This document shows positions 62,200 to 64,000 of a stretch of 64,000 nucleotides of DNA, piece after piece. Where the stretch lies: NCBI RefSeq assembly GCF_964204645.1, contig NC_134026.1, forward strand, positions 12,956,050 through 13,020,049. The letters are read 5' to 3'. The stretch comes from Tubulanus polymorphus. Its lineage: Eukaryota > Animalia > Nemertea. Every line of letters starts with the position of its first letter. Position 1 is the stretch's first letter. The position numbers and the translations under genes were made by a program. Below the pieces are notes generated by a model. That model ran no database searches, was not told the origin of the DNA, and saw nothing but the letters and a program-made list of their open reading frames with translations.

Positions 62200-63240
62200 G
62201 TTTGATAATGAAAAAGATTAATTTCTATTTACATATTGATGGACGAATTGGACGAATGGACGAGTGGACGAGGGTACGAGACGGGGGTCTTATATTCAAA
62301 TAAACCCCTATGTCTTCACAGATTTATCATATGCATATTTGTAACTAATATATTTTATATTTTCAGCTAATATAATTTATATTTTATTAAAATGATATTT
62401 AAATATCGTATAAAATTGATAAAATCACTTAAAATCAAACTCGTACTGTTTTTTTAATAAAAACATATGTAAATCATATATTATTACACTCGTACCATTC
62501 GTCCAATTCGTCCACTCGTTCACTCATACACATTCAAAATCCTCTCATTTTCCAAATTATGATTTTATTTTATAAATTTATATTCATATGATATTAGTGG
62601 TATCTTTACGCAGCACTAGAATAATACGAGTGATACTAAGTTAGTTGGTTTATTGTTTTTCTCGTCAAATGTAAAGTCATTTAGTATTAAAAAGAATTAA
62701 TAAAAAAACATTAGAAAAACAATAGGTGTCTTTAACAACACTAGCTTATTCAATTGTATTGTTTTTCTAGTTGAATCTATTCAAAATATCATTTAACCCA
62801 GTGAGCAAAAAGAAACAATAACTAGTCTTATTTTAAAGATAAGCATCATATTCTTTACGCACCACTAGAATATGATATTTATCTAGTGCTGCGTAAAGAA
62901 TATGATATTGAGCGTAATAATATATGATTTACATATGTTTTTATTTAAAAAACAGTACGTGTTTGATTTTTAGTTATGTTATCAATTTTATACTATATTA
63001 AAATATTAATTTAATAGAATATAAATTATATTAGCTGAATATATAAAATATATTAGTTAAAAATATGCATATGATAAATCTGTGAAGACATGGGGGTTTA
63101 TTTGAATATAAGACCCCCCTCTCGTACCCACGTCCACTCGTCCGTTCGTCCAATTCGTCCAATCGTCCATCAATGTGTAAATAGAAATTAATCTTTTTCA
63201 TTATCAAACTTAATTTGAATTATGTAATTTCCCATTTAAT

Positions 63241-63486
63241 TCATGAATATATCTTATGAGTTTTTAAACTCTTTTCATTTTTATATTTTTTATTGCATAT
63301 ATCACAACACTTAAATATGTGATCTTTTAATTCTGTATATTTAATTTTACAAGAATCATAAAATTCTAACATCTGTTTTATACTATAAATTGAAAATGAA
63401 ACTAATCCTGAAAGCATAATGATTGATTTAATATTCTGTTGATTTTTGTATATTAGTTGTAGTAAATTTAATATATTTTCACTCAT
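63241..63486 (-). CDS. Cargo gene C, inverted arm (internal deletion)
   Basis: Homologue of 61897-62199. Confidence 0.7.
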   Translation of the reverse strand: MSENILNLLQLIYKNQQNIKSIIMLSGLVSFSIYSIKQMLEFYDSCKIKYTELKDHIFKCCDICNKKYKNEKSLKTHKIYS

Positions 63487-63490
63487 TTAA

Positions 63491-63709
63491 TTATTTAATT
63501 AATTCACTAATCTGATTCAATAACTTTTTTATTTCGATGATTGTTTCCATTTTTGATTTCTTTAACTTTTTACTCAATTTTATATTTTCATTCATTAGAT
63601 CCTTACTGATATTTTCATTGTAAAAGTTAAGTGCAGCTAATATTAAACCTCCAGCAACTAAATAATGTTTTAAATCACTTTTCCCAATTGGAATGCTGAA
63701 ACCATCCAT
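63491..63709 (-). CDS. Cargo gene B, inverted arm
   Basis: Homologue of 61673-61876 with a C-terminal frameshift. Confidence 0.7.
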   Translation of the reverse strand: MDGFSIPIGKSDLKHYLVAGGLILAALNFYNENISKDLMNENIKLSKKLKKSKMETIIEIKKLLNQISELIK

Positions 63710-63752
63710 TTAAAAAAATCAAAAGTAATTTGAAATATCTTATTTTGAATAT

Positions 63753-64000
63753 TTAGAGTTCAATTATTATTTTTGAGTTATGATATTTTGATTTAAGATG
63801 GTGTGATTGATTGCTTCGAGGATAATATTTTCCACAATTACATAACGCTTTTTCATTAGGTTCATATTTCTCTTTAGGTGTAACAATTTCATTATCTAAG
63901 TTACATTGAATTCCAACATCTTTGAATGATTTTTCATTTGGAATGTCAGGGGTAAAAACATTACATAGCATTCTCTGAAAGGGCAATAACGTAAGTGCAG
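63753..64000 (-). pseudogene. Cargo gene A 3' part, inverted arm (frameshifting deletion; 5' end outside window)
   Basis: DVGIQCNL...CNCGKYY..SHHLKSKYH; deletion after CYVMF. Confidence 0.75.

Larger units (their letters stand above)
60610..64000. mobile_element. Mini-Polinton with tail-to-tail inverted duplication of the cargo cassette (right end outside window)
   Basis: Terminal hairpin at 60610-60729. Cassette A-B-C on + (61040-62199) is mirrored on - (63241-64000). Arm homology extends inward to ~62490 and ~62910. Confidence 0.88.

Overview
AT-rich animal (probably lophotrochozoan/mollusc-like invertebrate) genomic window made almost entirely of nested mobile DNA. The main component is a family of Polinton/Maverick (adintovirus-like) elements. 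(1) A full-length but mutationally inactivated 17.1-kb element at 6935-24041 has a 6-bp TSD (ACCGTA) and ~378-bp TIRs, and encodes pPolB, penton, double-jelly-roll MCP, an HNH nuclease, RVE integrase and a packaging ATPase; no adenain protease is visible. (2) A second degraded structural-gene copy lies at ~35.9-44.7 kb, followed by a hairpin plus PolB remnant at 45.5-48.5 kb. (3) Two small non-autonomous elements share the same hairpin termini but carry only a three-gene cargo cassette not seen in the large elements: a 2385-bp element at 53636-56020 (TSD AATGTT) and a tail-to-tail palindromic one starting at 60610 and running off the window. Every terminus of this family is itself a fold-back hairpin, and most genes start at TAAATG, the poxvirus late-promoter initiator. 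Other elements are a LINE 3' end, a decayed RAG1/Transib/Chapaev-like DDE transposase, a BEL/Pao LTR retrotransposon with both LTRs and TSD nested in a MULE-like foldback element, a Helentron pseudogene, two HINE-like elements, DIRS remnants and microsatellites. One spliced host gene (165-aa secreted Cys-rich, EMI-like protein) can be reconstructed across 50.7-58.2 kb. All family assignments come from motif recognition by eye; no searches were run.
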